Positions 19,901 through 29,349 of a stretch of 64,000 bases of DNA are shown one piece after another. The notes beneath the pieces were generated by a model. It searched no databases, had not been told where the DNA came from, and saw nothing but the letters and a program-made list of their open reading frames with translations. The DNA is from Aureliella sp. Its GTDB lineage: Bacteria > Planctomycetota > Planctomycetia > Pirellulales > Pirellulaceae. The stretch is taken from positions 4,320,001 through 4,384,000 of the forward strand of contig OY829846.1 of the NCBI GenBank assembly GCA_963691875.1, given 5' to 3'. Every line of letters begins with the position of its first letter. Position 1 is the first letter of the stretch. The position numbers and the translations under genes are program-made.

Positions 19901-21043
19901 GTAACAAACGTACCGGCACAGTCACTGCTGATGATCAACAATCCGCGTGTGCGAGGTCTGGCTCGAACTCTTGCAGAACGGACCGCAGGCGAGTCTGACG
20001 AGGCGGTCCGCGTTGCCAAGATGTGGGCAGCTGCGTTCAATCGACCACCCTCGGCTGATGAGTCTATGGCGATGCTGAAGTTCGTCCATGGCTTGCAGGC
20101 TGGCTACGAAACGCAGCAGCTGCAATTGAAGAGGCTTCAGGAACAGTCCGAGCAAATACGACCGCAGCTCGCCAACATCCTGAATCCGATTCGCCAGCGA
20201 CTGCAACGCGAGTTAGACCTGGGAACTGTGCCACTGTTGGATTTGAAGCCAGCCGCCGAATGGCACTTTGACTCCGCCGACAAGGGAGATCGCTTCCCGA
20301 CTCAGCTCAGGGGCAATGCAAAGATTCAAGACGGGGTTCTTGTTCTCGACGGTAACAGCTGGGGCGAAACAAAGAACTTGGGGCTGGATCTGAAAGAGAA
20401 GACACTTGAAGTCCTAGTAAGCCTTTCTAACCTCAATCAAAAAGGTGGCGGGGCGATGACCGTGCAAGACTCGCCGGGCGTCATTTTTGATTCGATCGTT
20501 TTTGCCGAGCGCGCGAATCGCGAATGGATGGCGGGCAGTAATAATTTTGCCCGCACTCAGGACTTTGGTGGAGCCCAAGAACGAGAAGCTAAAGAGAAGC
20601 CCGTGCACATCGTGATCACCTATGCCAAGGACGGGACTATCACTTGTTATCGCGATGGTCAGCTTTACGGTCGCCCTTACAAGTCCGCACTGCAGGCCTT
20701 CTCTGGTGCCAAAACGATGGTGGTGTTTGGGCTTCGGCATGGTCGCGGTGCTGGTGGTGGACGTATGCTGAGCGGGGCCATACATGAAGCAAAACTTTAC
20801 GACCGTGCCCTATCTGCCGACGAGGTGGCAGGTGCCGCGGCAATGGCGAATAAGTCGATCAGTCGTAAGCAGGTTTTGGCAGCACTTTCTGCGAAAGAGC
20901 GAGAAGAGGTTGCACTGCTGGAATCGCAGCTACAGCAGGTTGGGGCGCAAATCAAAGCGTTCAAAGTGCCCGCGGAGGCCGAAGAATGGACGGACTTGTC
21001 TCACTCGCTGTTCAACATGAAGGAATTCTTGTATGTCCGTTAA
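17000..21043 (+). CDS. Planctomycete cytochrome c / DUF1549 (PSCyt2) / DUF1553 (PSD1) protein with LamG-like domain
   Basis: [49 protein letters not shown]. The true start may be slightly downstream. Confidence 0.9.
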   Translation: MHTLPYDNLLCFSRNYRRWTASVLILFALISSYSLADEKSTGEELEFFESRIRPVLVEHCYQCHNSRETAEAEVRLDFREGLRESLTQDGDKYSTSESTLLQAIRHEIQGSEMPEGGPKLDDAVVADFEKWLEMGAPDPRADPPSMKELSALTSWETQLANRKQWWSFQPIRRPALPEVNEPDWQAPVDRFILSEMHKQHLSPSLQADPATLIRRVYFALIGLPPPYDKVQSFLQNPSNKAFEAIVAELLESKHFGERWARHWMDWVRYAESHGSEGDPRLVGAELYRDYLIRALNEDVPYDQLLMEHVAGDLLPNPRVNSELQINESLIGTAHWRMVFHGFAPTDALDEKVRFTDDAINTFSKAFLGLTVSCARCHNHKFDAISQADYYAMFGILASTRPGRAAIDLPEKQNRHKERLAELKTEIRAALAKGWQQRLHATEQRLSAKDRNLMGALTGIKWKSETSTADYWRRLEEAFGAYQNQEEQFEASEKAVSWDLAAKKDYRSWFTHGAGLADSPALAGSFVVTTSGDQILKQVLPGGAYSHLLSDKHAARLESADFKLDGKYRVWLQVAGEGKAMSRYVVQNYPRNGTVFPVTEHRSRDWRWQNYDVKYWEGDDVHIELTTANDAPLLVKNQDRSWFGLRRVAVTAIDQAGPPSQDMSWLKPIIESAGEGGPKDPTELARLLTGVIEEAVEAWQAGEATDSQALLLDRCIVEQVLPNDLKQLPELGDLLIRYRELESDVPVATRVPTLSEWQAKDSPLFARGDHRQPETAVPRRFLEAIDDSPYRTRQSGRLELARDLLRADNPFTSRVIVNRVWHHLFGAGIVETTDNVGRLGSQPSHPELLDYLADRFRKEDRWSLKSLIRQIVLSETWQQASAPSTAAQANDPANRYLSHANVRRLEAEAIRDALLSAADSLDDSLFGRPVGGESNRRSVYVNVIRNRLDPFLTTFDAPVPFSTKGRRDVTNVPAQSLLMINNPRVRGLARTLAERTAGESDEAVRVAKMWAAAFNRPPSADESMAMLKFVHGLQAGYETQQLQLKRLQEQSEQIRPQLANILNPIRQRLQRELDLGTVPLLDLKPAAEWHFDSADKGDRFPTQLRGNAKIQDGVLVLDGNSWGETKNLGLDLKEKTLEVLVSLSNLNQKGGGAMTVQDSPGVIFDSIVFAERANREWMAGSNNFARTQDFGGAQEREAKEKPVHIVITYAKDGTITCYRDGQLYGRPYKSALQAFSGAKTMVVFGLRHGRGAGGGRMLSGAIHEAKLYDRALSADEVAGAAAMANKSISRKQVLAALSAKEREEVALLESQLQQVGAQIKAFKVPAEAEEWTDLSHSLFNMKEFLYVR

Positions 21044-22469
21044 CCCCCACTCTTGTCAGCAGCAAGTAACACGTCGTAAGCTCCTCCAGACCTGCTCGAG
21101 TGGATTTGGGTTGGTGGCACTATCAGGCTTGCTTGAACGGCATGCGGTAGCCTCGGAAGTCAAGACAGATCGCTGGCTGCGCTATACGTCCAAAGCCAAG
21201 AACGTCATTCTCTGCTACATGTCTGGTGGCGTGTCTCAGGTTGATTCCTTTGATCCGAAGCCAAAGCTCAAAGAACTGCACGGCAAGCCTATGCCCGTCA
21301 AAGTTGAGCGGACGCAGTTTAATCGCAATGGGCAGGTCTTCGCTAGTCCCTTCAAATTTGAAAAGCACGGCGAGGGCGGTTTAGAAGTAAGTGAAATTTT
21401 TCCGCACTTGGCCAGCTGCTCTGATCACCTCGCCGTCGTGCGATCGATGACGACCAATGTCAACGAACACGCACAAGGCAACTTTGTCATGCACACTGGC
21501 TTTCCGTTTCTGGGACATCCCAGCGCAGGAGCTTGGGCCAGCTATGGGCTTGGTTCTGCCAATGACAATTTGCCGAGCTATGTGGTTCTGCAAAGTGGTG
21601 GGGCTGTTCCGCCACACGGAGGAGTCGGGCTATTCAGCAATGGTTTTCTACCAGGCCAACATCAAGCTTCGATTCTGAAGGCAGATACTCCTGAGGCAGT
21701 GCCCAACGTAAAGCCTGTTCAAGCCCTTGGCTTGCAACGCCAGCGTCTCGACTTCGTGAAACAGTTAGATGCATCCTTTGCTGCCAAGGCTCAGGATGCC
21801 CATGTCGACGCAGCGATCAAGAACTACGAGACGGCATTTAGGATGCAGAGCTCAATTCCTGAGATCTGCGACATCAGCAGCGAGTCGCAAGCCACCCGTG
21901 ATCTGTATGGACTCGACGATCCGAAACCGCGCAAAGCTGCTTATGCTCGGCAAGCTCTCCTGGCCCGTAAGTTGATCGAACGAGGCGTTCGCTTCGTGGA
22001 GCTTTCGGTGCTGACTCAAGGCATCGGAGCGGGCGGAGCAGCCAACCCATGGGATCAGCATGGCGACTTGGAGAAAGGCCACCGAGCCATGGCTTATCAG
22101 GTCGATCAACCTATCGCAGGGCTGATCAAGGACCTCGATCAGCGAGGTCTGCTGGACGAAACGCTCATTGTGTTCACAGGCGAGTTTGGCCGCACTCCGT
22201 TTTCTCAAGGCTCCAATGGCCGGGACCACAATCCTTTCGGTTTTAGCGTTTGGATGGCTGGCGGCGGTATCCAAGGTGGCCAAGCGATAGGGGCGACCGA
22301 TGAACTGGGTTATCACGTCGTCGAAAAGCCCTTTACGATCTACGATATGTGGGCAACTGTCCTACATCAGCTGGGTATCGATCACGAAGCGTTGACTTAT
22401 CGCTCCGGCGGTCGGGACTTCAGACTCACTGACGTGTTCGGCAATGTCATTGAAGAAATTGTAAGTTAG
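21033..22469 (+). CDS. DUF1501 family protein (Tat-exported, sulfatase-like fold)
   Basis: TRRKLL Tat motif, [33 protein letters not shown]. Confidence 0.92.
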   Translation: MSVNPHSCQQQVTRRKLLQTCSSGFGLVALSGLLERHAVASEVKTDRWLRYTSKAKNVILCYMSGGVSQVDSFDPKPKLKELHGKPMPVKVERTQFNRNGQVFASPFKFEKHGEGGLEVSEIFPHLASCSDHLAVVRSMTTNVNEHAQGNFVMHTGFPFLGHPSAGAWASYGLGSANDNLPSYVVLQSGGAVPPHGGVGLFSNGFLPGQHQASILKADTPEAVPNVKPVQALGLQRQRLDFVKQLDASFAAKAQDAHVDAAIKNYETAFRMQSSIPEICDISSESQATRDLYGLDDPKPRKAAYARQALLARKLIERGVRFVELSVLTQGIGAGGAANPWDQHGDLEKGHRAMAYQVDQPIAGLIKDLDQRGLLDETLIVFTGEFGRTPFSQGSNGRDHNPFGFSVWMAGGGIQGGQAIGATDELGYHVVEKPFTIYDMWATVLHQLGIDHEALTYRSGGRDFRLTDVFGNVIEEIVS

Positions 22470-22485
22470 TGTTGGAGTGACGAGC

Positions 22486-22680
22486 ATGGACGATGACGCT
22501 AGCTACATCTGTGATTTCTGTGGCGAGGAAATCGTCATTCCCGTTGACGTCTCCGGAGGAGCGGACCAGAGTTATGTCGAGGATTGTCCTGTCTGCTGCA
22601 ATCCCAACCTCGTTCACATACAGCTTGATCCAGACGGACAAGTACGCTGTTGGGGAGAAGCTGAACAAGACCGGTACTGA
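22486..22680 (+). CDS. CPXCG-motif cysteine-rich protein
   Basis: CDFCGEE...DVSGG..QSYVEDCPVCCNP. Confidence 0.85.
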   Translation: MDDDASYICDFCGEEIVIPVDVSGGADQSYVEDCPVCCNPNLVHIQLDPDGQVRCWGEAEQDRY

Positions 22681-22816
22681 AAAAGCTTAGCGTCAAATAT
22701 TTGTTCAACGCCCATCCGCGGGCGCCGGCTTTCTACAGAAGAAGCAAATTTCACGTTGCCTAGTCTTCGTTGAGGAGTCTAGTCTCGTGCCAGGGGCGTT
22801 AAGCTAGCAAAGGCGG

Positions 22817-23605
22817 TTACGGCGACATCTGATCGACAAAACCTTGTGCAAGACCGACAAACTTTTCATCGTCCAGCAGGTCCAAAGGCGCGTAACCTGG
22901 GTGCCTCGATTCTTTGTATGGGTCATTGCTCTTGGTGTTGTAGCAACAGATCAGAGACCATCGAGGATTGGGGCTAGTGTTTTGAGCCGAGCAGTGGAGC
23001 AGATTCCCATGGAAAAACAAAGCGTCGCCGGGATTCATTTCAACATGCAGTACCTCCATTCGCTGGAGAATAGCTTCAATGCGTTCAGGATCGGCTCCAG
23101 TCTGACCGCCAACCTTCATATGATTCATCCGACCGAGTTGGTGCGACCTCGGAACGACCTGCAGGCATCCATTCTCTCGCGTGGCGGGATCCACGGAAAT
23201 AAAGCAGCTTCCCATTGCCGGGAATAGGCAGCCGAAGTCATACCAATATCCGTAGTCTTGATGCCATTCCCAAGCGCCCCCGACAAGAGGCTCTTTGAGC
23301 ATCATTTTGTGGTGGTAGTGATAAACTTCATCACCCAGGAACGCACTCATGTTGTCAGCCACTCTCCGTGAGCGCACGACCGAGGCGTACAGGTTGTCCT
23401 CCAGGTCGTTGCTCAAGGACAGCGTGGTGGTTCCACCCGATGCATCGGAACGCGACGTTGCCTTGGAGTGAATTCGCTGGTCGGCTCGGGCGTAGGTCGA
23501 CAGTAACTCCATTTCCCGCGCGTCGAACAACTCCTTGACGATAAAAAAGCCTTGCGAGTGAAAAAGCTCAATGTCGGATCTGCTAGCTCGATACGGAGTC
23601 ATCAT
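22817..23605 (-). CDS. Phytanoyl-CoA dioxygenase (PhyH) family Fe/2OG dioxygenase, EctD/proline-hydroxylase-like
   Basis: WEWHQDYGYW (HxD), ENGCL, FFHGNLLHCSAQN..R. Confidence 0.88.
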   Translation of the reverse strand: MMTPYRASRSDIELFHSQGFFIVKELFDAREMELLSTYARADQRIHSKATSRSDASGGTTTLSLSNDLEDNLYASVVRSRRVADNMSAFLGDEVYHYHHKMMLKEPLVGGAWEWHQDYGYWYDFGCLFPAMGSCFISVDPATRENGCLQVVPRSHQLGRMNHMKVGGQTGADPERIEAILQRMEVLHVEMNPGDALFFHGNLLHCSAQNTSPNPRWSLICCYNTKSNDPYKESRHPGYAPLDLLDDEKFVGLAQGFVDQMSP

Positions 23606-23783
23606 AAGGTCCTGAGGTAAGAAAGCTTCTTATCGCCTCCATTCTAAGGCTCTCCTCCCATTCGCGAAGTAGACGGGCTTGATACAAGCTGGGTCTTCAA
23701 CGAATTCACTCGTTGTCAGCCATCAGACGTTTTGTCGTCCTGCTAAAATGTGGCCCTCTAATTCCAAGGTGGAGACTGATCAG

Positions 23784-24996
23784 ATGAAGAACTCAATAAG
23801 TTTTGCGGTGTTGTTGCTGGCTGTTTTTTTCTTTCGCCCTACAGTCTGGCGCAACGCATCCAATTCAAGTCGCAGGAGTTATCGACCGAGCTTCGAGTTG
23901 GCTACGCCGTACGGGCTCTGGATTTTAATGGTGACGAAAAGTTAGACATTGCGATTGTGGATAGCAAACGCGTGCTTTGGTTGGAAAACCCGACTTGGAA
24001 AGAACACGTCATTTACTCCACACCGGACGCAAAGTTCGACAACGTCTGCTTTGCTCCGCATGATGTGAATGGAGATGGCAAGCTCGATTTGGCGCTGGGC
24101 GCAGACTGGCAGATTGCAACTCGGATTCCGGGGGGACGATCGGTTGGCTAGAGCAAACAGAAAGTGGGCCATGGACTTATCATGCGATTGCCTCTGAGCC
24201 AACGACGCATCGCATGCGTTGGGCTGATCTCGACAACAACGGCAAGCCTTGGTTGGTCGTCGCGCCGCTAAAAGGACGCGGGACGCGCGGACCAGGTTTT
24301 GAACAAACTGGAATTCGGCTGCTGGCTTTCCAGCCAAGCAAAGATCCGACCAAGTCATGGAAGCAGAAAATTATCACGGACAAGTTGCACGTGATGCACA
24401 ACTTTGAACCGACCGATTTGGATGGCGACAGCAAGTTGGACTTGGTCACAGCTAGCTTCGAAGGGGCAAGTTGGATCACCTTCCCATCTGGCCGGGGCGC
24501 TCAGGTGCGACGTGTTGGATCGGGGCAGGAGCAGCCTGCGCCCAAGAAGGGGTCCAGTGAGATCCGCCATGGCGAGTTGGCGGACGGCACAAGTTATCTC
24601 GCTACAGTTGAGCCATGGCATGGCGATAAGATTGTGGTTTACGTTGCACCGAAAGACTGGGCGCAATCAGAATTGCTTTGCCCGCGATACGTGCTGGACG
24701 AGGAATTGGCTTGGGGCCATGCTGTGGCCTGCGCGAACTTGGACGACGATCCAGATCAGGAATTGATCATTGGCGTTAGAGACGACAAGAAAGGCACCGA
24801 GCATCGTCGCGGCCTACGCATTTACGATCCGGGCAACGCATCAGAAGGTCGTTGGCAGCGGACTTTGGTGGATCCAGGCGGAGTCGCCATCGAAGACTTA
24901 ACCGTCGCCGACTTAGACACTGATGGGGATAACGACATCATCGCCGTCGGGCGTAAGACTCACAATGTGAAGATCTACTGGAATCAGCTGAAGTAG
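23784..24996 (+). pseudogene. FG-GAP/VCBS beta-propeller protein (aldos-2-ulose dehydratase N-domain-like), two frameshifts
   Basis: Three frames join into a ~404-aa secreted protein if one base is restored in the T7 run at 23824-23830 and one near 24113-24117. DxxGDGxxD repeats, EPTTHRMRWAD, ATVEPWHG and GHAV are present. Confidence 0.75.
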
Positions 24997-25025
24997 ATTG
25001 ACGTTTGGGATCACCTGCTGGTCGC

Positions 25026-25312
25026 TCAAGCAGCTTCATAATAAGAATTGATGGCAGCTTGTCCCGTGGAATTGGGATCGTTCTGATCGTCGGCTCCCAG
25101 GAAGTTCAGCCGTAGATCTGCAGCAGCTAGAGCGTAAGATTGTTTAGTGCAATGACGTAGTCGATTTCGCAAGTCATATTTTTTCCCGATGCACGAAAGC
25201 GTCTTGCAATCGTTCGACCAGCTCGTTTGCCACGTTGGAATCGAAGATTGGCGAGGTCGATGTTGGCGACTACTGGCGAGTCAAGCAGTTCATCCTTGTT
25301 CAACAGCTTCAA
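25026..25312 (-). pseudogene. Remnant of a class I SAM-dependent methyltransferase-like gene with a large internal deletion
   Basis: N-terminal LLNKDELLDSPVVAN is joined directly to IDLANLRF...GRTIARRFR. A shifted frame gives LNFLGADDQNDPNSTGQAAINSYY*. Both match termini I recall for this family. Confidence 0.55.
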
Positions 25313-25350
25313 ATGCGCTCGTCCTGCGGATCCAGAGTTTGTGCAGCCAT

Positions 25351-25390
25351 AAAAAAACGGACGTGAGCCACAAGGTGAAGCCCACGTCCG
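25351..25390 (-). terminator. Intrinsic terminator of the small structured transcript
   Basis: Minus strand CGGACGTGGGC-11nt-GCTCACGTCCG-TTTTTTT. The one non-Watson-Crick pair is G-U only on the minus strand. Confidence 0.85.
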
Positions 25391-25458
25391 CTGTCAGTTG
25401 CTCGTGCGATGGTGATCGACACGAGGAGGTTGACTGCCACTGGCAGCCCGCCGGCTGC

Positions 25459-25500
25459 CTATGGGGAATCAACCCCATGGCTGGTACAGCAATAACTCAC
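25459..25500 (-). CDS. Possible 13-aa peptide MSYCCTSHGVDSP
   Basis: GTG lies 7 nt downstream of AGGAGG; TAG stop at 25459-25461. Confidence 0.35.
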   Translation of the reverse strand: MSYCCTSHGVDSP

Positions 25501-25849
25501 TCGATCACCTCCTTTCGTTACAGGGCCTGCCTTGTTCCAAACCGCCTGATTCAGCCGAGAGGGCTTGGCTCAAGGACTAATCTGTCAATCGCGATGCGTT
25601 TTTCGCGATCCATGAAAGTGTCAGCTTTCGCCGACAATGTCAGTTTGTAACATTTTGGACCGTGAATCAAGAGATATGTTCACGCAAAAATTAACGCATA
25701 TGAACATTTGTGCAGTATCACTTTTCCAAAGGTGCTGCCAAAGCTTGTATCGATCGCAGGCGGCAATAGAGTCTCACCTAATGCTTTGAGTCCTAGCCTC
25801 TTCTTCGCTTGGCTCGTCAAACTGAGAACTTGCCCCTTTGGATGTTTCC

Positions 25850-26243
25850 ATGCGTCTCACATCTTGCTGCTACTGATCGGGAAGCAGACAAACGCAGGAG
25901 TCATTTTCGGTTCCGGCTATGCTAACCTCGGAATCGGTCACCTCAAACTTGGAAACTTCGACTCATCTACAGGATTTTTTGGTACCACAGCAAACATCAT
26001 GACCCGCGAGGAGAATTCCCTCGCAGCAGGTATCGACAAGTCCGGAGGAAACTTGGCAGGAAGTGTTACCGGCGGAACATCCTTGTTCAGAGCCAAAGAC
26101 AATGGTTCAACCGTGATCGCTGTCGAATGCAGCAGCACCGCGATCTTGCCAGAACCATGCCAGAACCATCAACGCTAGCAATTTACAGCGTGATCTGCGT
26201 GGTATCTCGAAGCCTCCGTTGGAGGGGATCAAGGCCAAGCTGA
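25850..26243 (+). pseudogene. PEP-CTERM sorting-domain protein remnant
   Basis: Removing the tandem 11-bp duplication TGCCAGAACCA (26147-26168) restores ..ILPEPSTLAIYSVICVVSRSLRWRGSRPS*. The signal peptide (MRL / ILLLLIGKQTNA-GVIF) is also out of frame with its ATG. Confidence 0.7.
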
Positions 26244-26550
26244 AAGAAGCGTCGAGAAGGCCGTAGTTCGGATTCTTCCCAATCGGCAGGGTCAACCCAG
26301 ACTAAACGAGCGAAGAGCAGTCAATTTCCTTCATTCTCTGGCCTTTAAGATGCCGATTTTCATGCTGCATCAAGAAAGAGAAGGGATTTCTCCTCTTGAG
26401 TTGGACCAGGGAAGGTCTTCGCCAGCAAAGCGTGATAGAGCCTTCGAGTGCAAGTCTTTCTGCTTCTTGGAACACTGGACGTTTCCAAGCCGCAATCTGC
26501 CCCTGAGCCTCCTCGACTGAAGTGGATGAAACAGCCCAGGAGATGATTCC

Positions 26551-27438
26551 GTGCCAAGACTCTCAGTTATTGTTCCTTTCCGCGGGAACGATTCCGCTCT
26601 CGAAACAACCGTTCTTTCAGTCCTTGAGAATCGTACTCAGGATACGGAAGTGCTTGTAGTTCACGATGGCTCCTACTCCGATCCTTATGATCTGGCAGAG
26701 GAAGTTGTCTTAGTTGAAGCTAGGCCGGCTGAGACCGTAATTGGCTTACTGAACGAAGGCATCATGGCCGCATGTTCTCCGGTCGTAAATATCGTTCTTG
26801 ACGGTGTCGTGGTCTCAGAAGGCTGGCAGCGCGCCGCCCTCGAAGAGTTAGCGAGTGATGAAGAGCTTGCGGCGGTAGCGGTGGTTCAGCGAGTCGCGGG
26901 AAGCAAGCAGTTTGGCATCTCTGAATTTGCCTTGGATGATGTAGCCAGTTTGCGCTCTGAAGCAGGTGTGCTCAAAGAAGCTGGGCAAGCCTGTGCTGGG
27001 CCGCAGCTTGCATGCGGCTTTTATCGCAAGTCGACGTTACTCGCGCTGGATGGGCTGCGTTACCAGACGATCGAAGCAGCTCAGCTTGAATACGCATTCG
27101 CGCTCGCGGAGCTCGATCTCAGCACCCACTGCGATATGCTTACGACCGTCGACAGATCTGGCGCTGTTCGCAGTGATTCGAAAGAAGTACTGAGTGAAAT
27201 TGCTCAAGTCGCCGTGGACTACGAGGTCACCAGTGGTGGCTTTGTCGCATCGATCTTTCATTTATTGAGTGGCTTGCCATCCGGGTTGTCCAAAGCCAGA
27301 AGCTGGAGTCGCGGGATTGCACAGGGGCAACTCGACTTGCAACGGCGACGCATCGAGGCGGCGAGGCTCGCACTGGAAGAACGTCGGGAGCGATCTTCAG
27401 CTTCAGAGGGGGCTGCTCCGATTCGAAAAGCCGCTTAG
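26551..27438 (+). CDS. Glycosyltransferase family 2-like protein (divergent)
   Basis: PRLSVIVP, TVLSVL, EVLVVHDG N-terminal GT-A pattern; AGGAG RBS; no clear DxD. Confidence 0.7.
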   Translation: MPRLSVIVPFRGNDSALETTVLSVLENRTQDTEVLVVHDGSYSDPYDLAEEVVLVEARPAETVIGLLNEGIMAACSPVVNIVLDGVVVSEGWQRAALEELASDEELAAVAVVQRVAGSKQFGISEFALDDVASLRSEAGVLKEAGQACAGPQLACGFYRKSTLLALDGLRYQTIEAAQLEYAFALAELDLSTHCDMLTTVDRSGAVRSDSKEVLSEIAQVAVDYEVTSGGFVASIFHLLSGLPSGLSKARSWSRGIAQGQLDLQRRRIEAARLALEERRERSSASEGAAPIRKAA

Positions 27439-27565
27439 GTAACCGGCAGAAGAGCTTCTTCCGATGGATAGTGTATTCGCGCAAGAGAATACGCTTGAAA
27501 AAGGAACTTGGGCTGGCAGGTTCAGACTCGCCTTCTGCCTTGGAGTCGCATTGGCGATGCGGAGA

Positions 27566-28366
27566 CTAATTCTTGCCGTTGCGACGCGTTGTACTTCCGC
27601 GCTTCGTTCCGGCGCGATTGTTCCCTGCCGCGTCCTCGCCGAGTGGGCTGGCGGCTTCGACTTCCAGTAGTTCTACCTGTAGCATCGTGCTGCCCGCAGC
27701 ACGCGCCCCAGTAAGCTTTACTTTGTCGCCAAGCTTGAAGAACATAGCGTCGCCCGCTGCAACGCTAATCTTGGCGTCTGGCTTGAGCTCGACAATCACG
27801 GCCCGGTTGCCAGCTTGAATTCGCATCTTTTGCGCTTGCACTACACGGAGCTGCCCAACAACTACAAAGTTTTTCTCCGCTGCTTTGGCAACTCGTGTGG
27901 CAGCTTGCCGGGTGTTGCGAGGGCCTTTGTTTTCTTCCTGTTCATCTTTGAAGTCTGATGCAGGGTAAATGCCGGCTGTTTGTTTCTTTCGTTCCTCGGG
28001 TTGTAACATAGTGCTCGGGCTTGGCCGGAAGACCTCCAATTGCACGATTGGTGCGAGCGGTGTTCCTTGCTGAAGGTCAAAACCTGACTCAAAGCGGACC
28101 ATCATGCCGGGGCGAAGAAAATTGGCTGTGGCAGTCGCCTCGTATTGAATCCTCGAGCTTCGGCCCAAAACAGCGATCGTCTCCTTGCCGTTCTCCGATT
28201 TGATTTTGATGCGATCTCGAGCGATGCCTTCCAGAGTTCCTTCGACTTGAGAAATCTCGGGGCCGCGTCCACCCTGAGCCTGATTCGATCTGTTTCCAAC
28301 TTGTGCCCAGCAAACCGGATTCAGCGAGATTAGCAAGATTGCGGTGGCTAATGGACGAGTTTTCAT
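27566..28366 (-). CDS. Secreted hypothetical protein with repeated OB-like beta modules
   Basis: Signal peptide; LRPGMMVRF and FKLGDKVKLTG repeats. Confidence 0.7.
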   Translation of the reverse strand: MKTRPLATAILLISLNPVCWAQVGNRSNQAQGGRGPEISQVEGTLEGIARDRIKIKSENGKETIAVLGRSSRIQYEATATANFLRPGMMVRFESGFDLQQGTPLAPIVQLEVFRPSPSTMLQPEERKKQTAGIYPASDFKDEQEENKGPRNTRQAATRVAKAAEKNFVVVGQLRVVQAQKMRIQAGNRAVIVELKPDAKISVAAGDAMFFKLGDKVKLTGARAAGSTMLQVELLEVEAASPLGEDAAGNNRAGTKRGSTTRRNGKN

Positions 28367-28525
28367 GATCGCAGCCTTATCGATCGGATGGGTACGCGTT
28401 AATCTAGCGAAAGCAAACGGTATCTTTGCGACCCGCTACCAGCTCGGATTATAGCCCAGGCTAGCCAAATGAACCTATGGCAGTTGTTGCAGTTTCAGGT
28501 TCCTTCGTCCGTTCGAAAGTCCAGA

Positions 28526-29323
28526 ATGTCCTCGCCGAAACCAGTGACCACAGCTTCATTTCAATCCATGAAGGAGAAGTCACAAAAGATCAGCATGCTC
28601 ACGGCCTATGACTACACTATGTCCGCGCTACTTGACCAAGCAGGTGTCGACGTCTTGCTGGTCGGCGATAGTCTCGGCATGGTCATTCAAGGCCAGAAGA
28701 CGACTATTCCAGTCACACTTGAAGAGATGATCTACCATGGCAAGTTAGTCGTTCGCGGGGCCGAACGAGCCATGGTGATGGTGGATCTGCCTTTCCCCCA
28801 TGGTCAGCTTGGCGTCATGAAAACCCTGGAAGTGGCTGCCAAAGTGCTGAAGGAAACGGGTTGCCAGTCGATCAAACTCGAAGGCGGCGTTGAGCAAGCG
28901 GAGACGATTCACGCCTTGGCCGCGGCTGGTATCCCTGTCATGGCCCACGTTGGCCTGCGGCCGCAGAGCGTCCATCAAATCGGTGGCTACCGCGTCCAAC
29001 GTGATGAAGATCGACTCAGGAACGATGCCATGGCGGCTCAAGATGCAGGCGCTTTCGGCATTCTGATGGAGTGCGTTCCAGCGGATCTTGCCACCAAGCT
29101 TACCCAAGAGCTACGCGTTCCTACGATCGGAATCGGCGCCGGACCAAGCTGCGATGGCCAAGTCTTGGTGACGCACGACTTGCTTGGTCTGACCATTGGT
29201 CGCGTTCCCAAATTCGTGCGACAAACCTGCAACCTGGCCGAGCAAATCCAGTCCGCCGTCGGCGAGTATAATGAGTCTGTCCGAGCGGGTACGTTTCCAG
29301 CCGCGGATGAGTCCTTTCAATAG
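28526..29323 (+). CDS. panB: 3-methyl-2-oxobutanoate hydroxymethyltransferase
   Basis: MLTAYD, LVGDSLGM, KLEGG, PTIGIGAG, DGQVLV. Confidence 0.97.
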   Translation: MSSPKPVTTASFQSMKEKSQKISMLTAYDYTMSALLDQAGVDVLLVGDSLGMVIQGQKTTIPVTLEEMIYHGKLVVRGAERAMVMVDLPFPHGQLGVMKTLEVAAKVLKETGCQSIKLEGGVEQAETIHALAAAGIPVMAHVGLRPQSVHQIGGYRVQRDEDRLRNDAMAAQDAGAFGILMECVPADLATKLTQELRVPTIGIGAGPSCDGQVLVTHDLLGLTIGRVPKFVRQTCNLAEQIQSAVGEYNESVRAGTFPAADESFQ

Positions 29324-29349
29324 TCCTTCCACCCTCCGAAGATCGAGTC

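Larger units (their letters stand above)
25351..25580 (-). ncRNA. Candidate structured small RNA or micro-mRNA with a perfect Shine-Dalgarno
   Basis: GAAAGGAGGTGATC (25503-25516), several hairpins, internal anti-SD segments and its own terminator. The 5' end is approximate. Confidence 0.55.

Noticed and set aside
25503..25516. 16S rRNA gene or fragment (GATCACCTCCTTTC on +)
   Set aside because: No other conserved 16S sequence (e.g. AAGTCGTAACAAGG) upstream and no ITS, tRNA or 23S downstream.
25189..25650. 153-aa + strand ORF over the structured element
   Set aside because: No recognisable motif or RBS; it overlaps a terminator, hairpins and an antisense pseudogene.
25708..26178. 156-aa ORF as an intact gene
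   Set aside because: Its first third looks non-coding and its end is produced by the 11-bp duplication; better read as a PEP-CTERM pseudogene.
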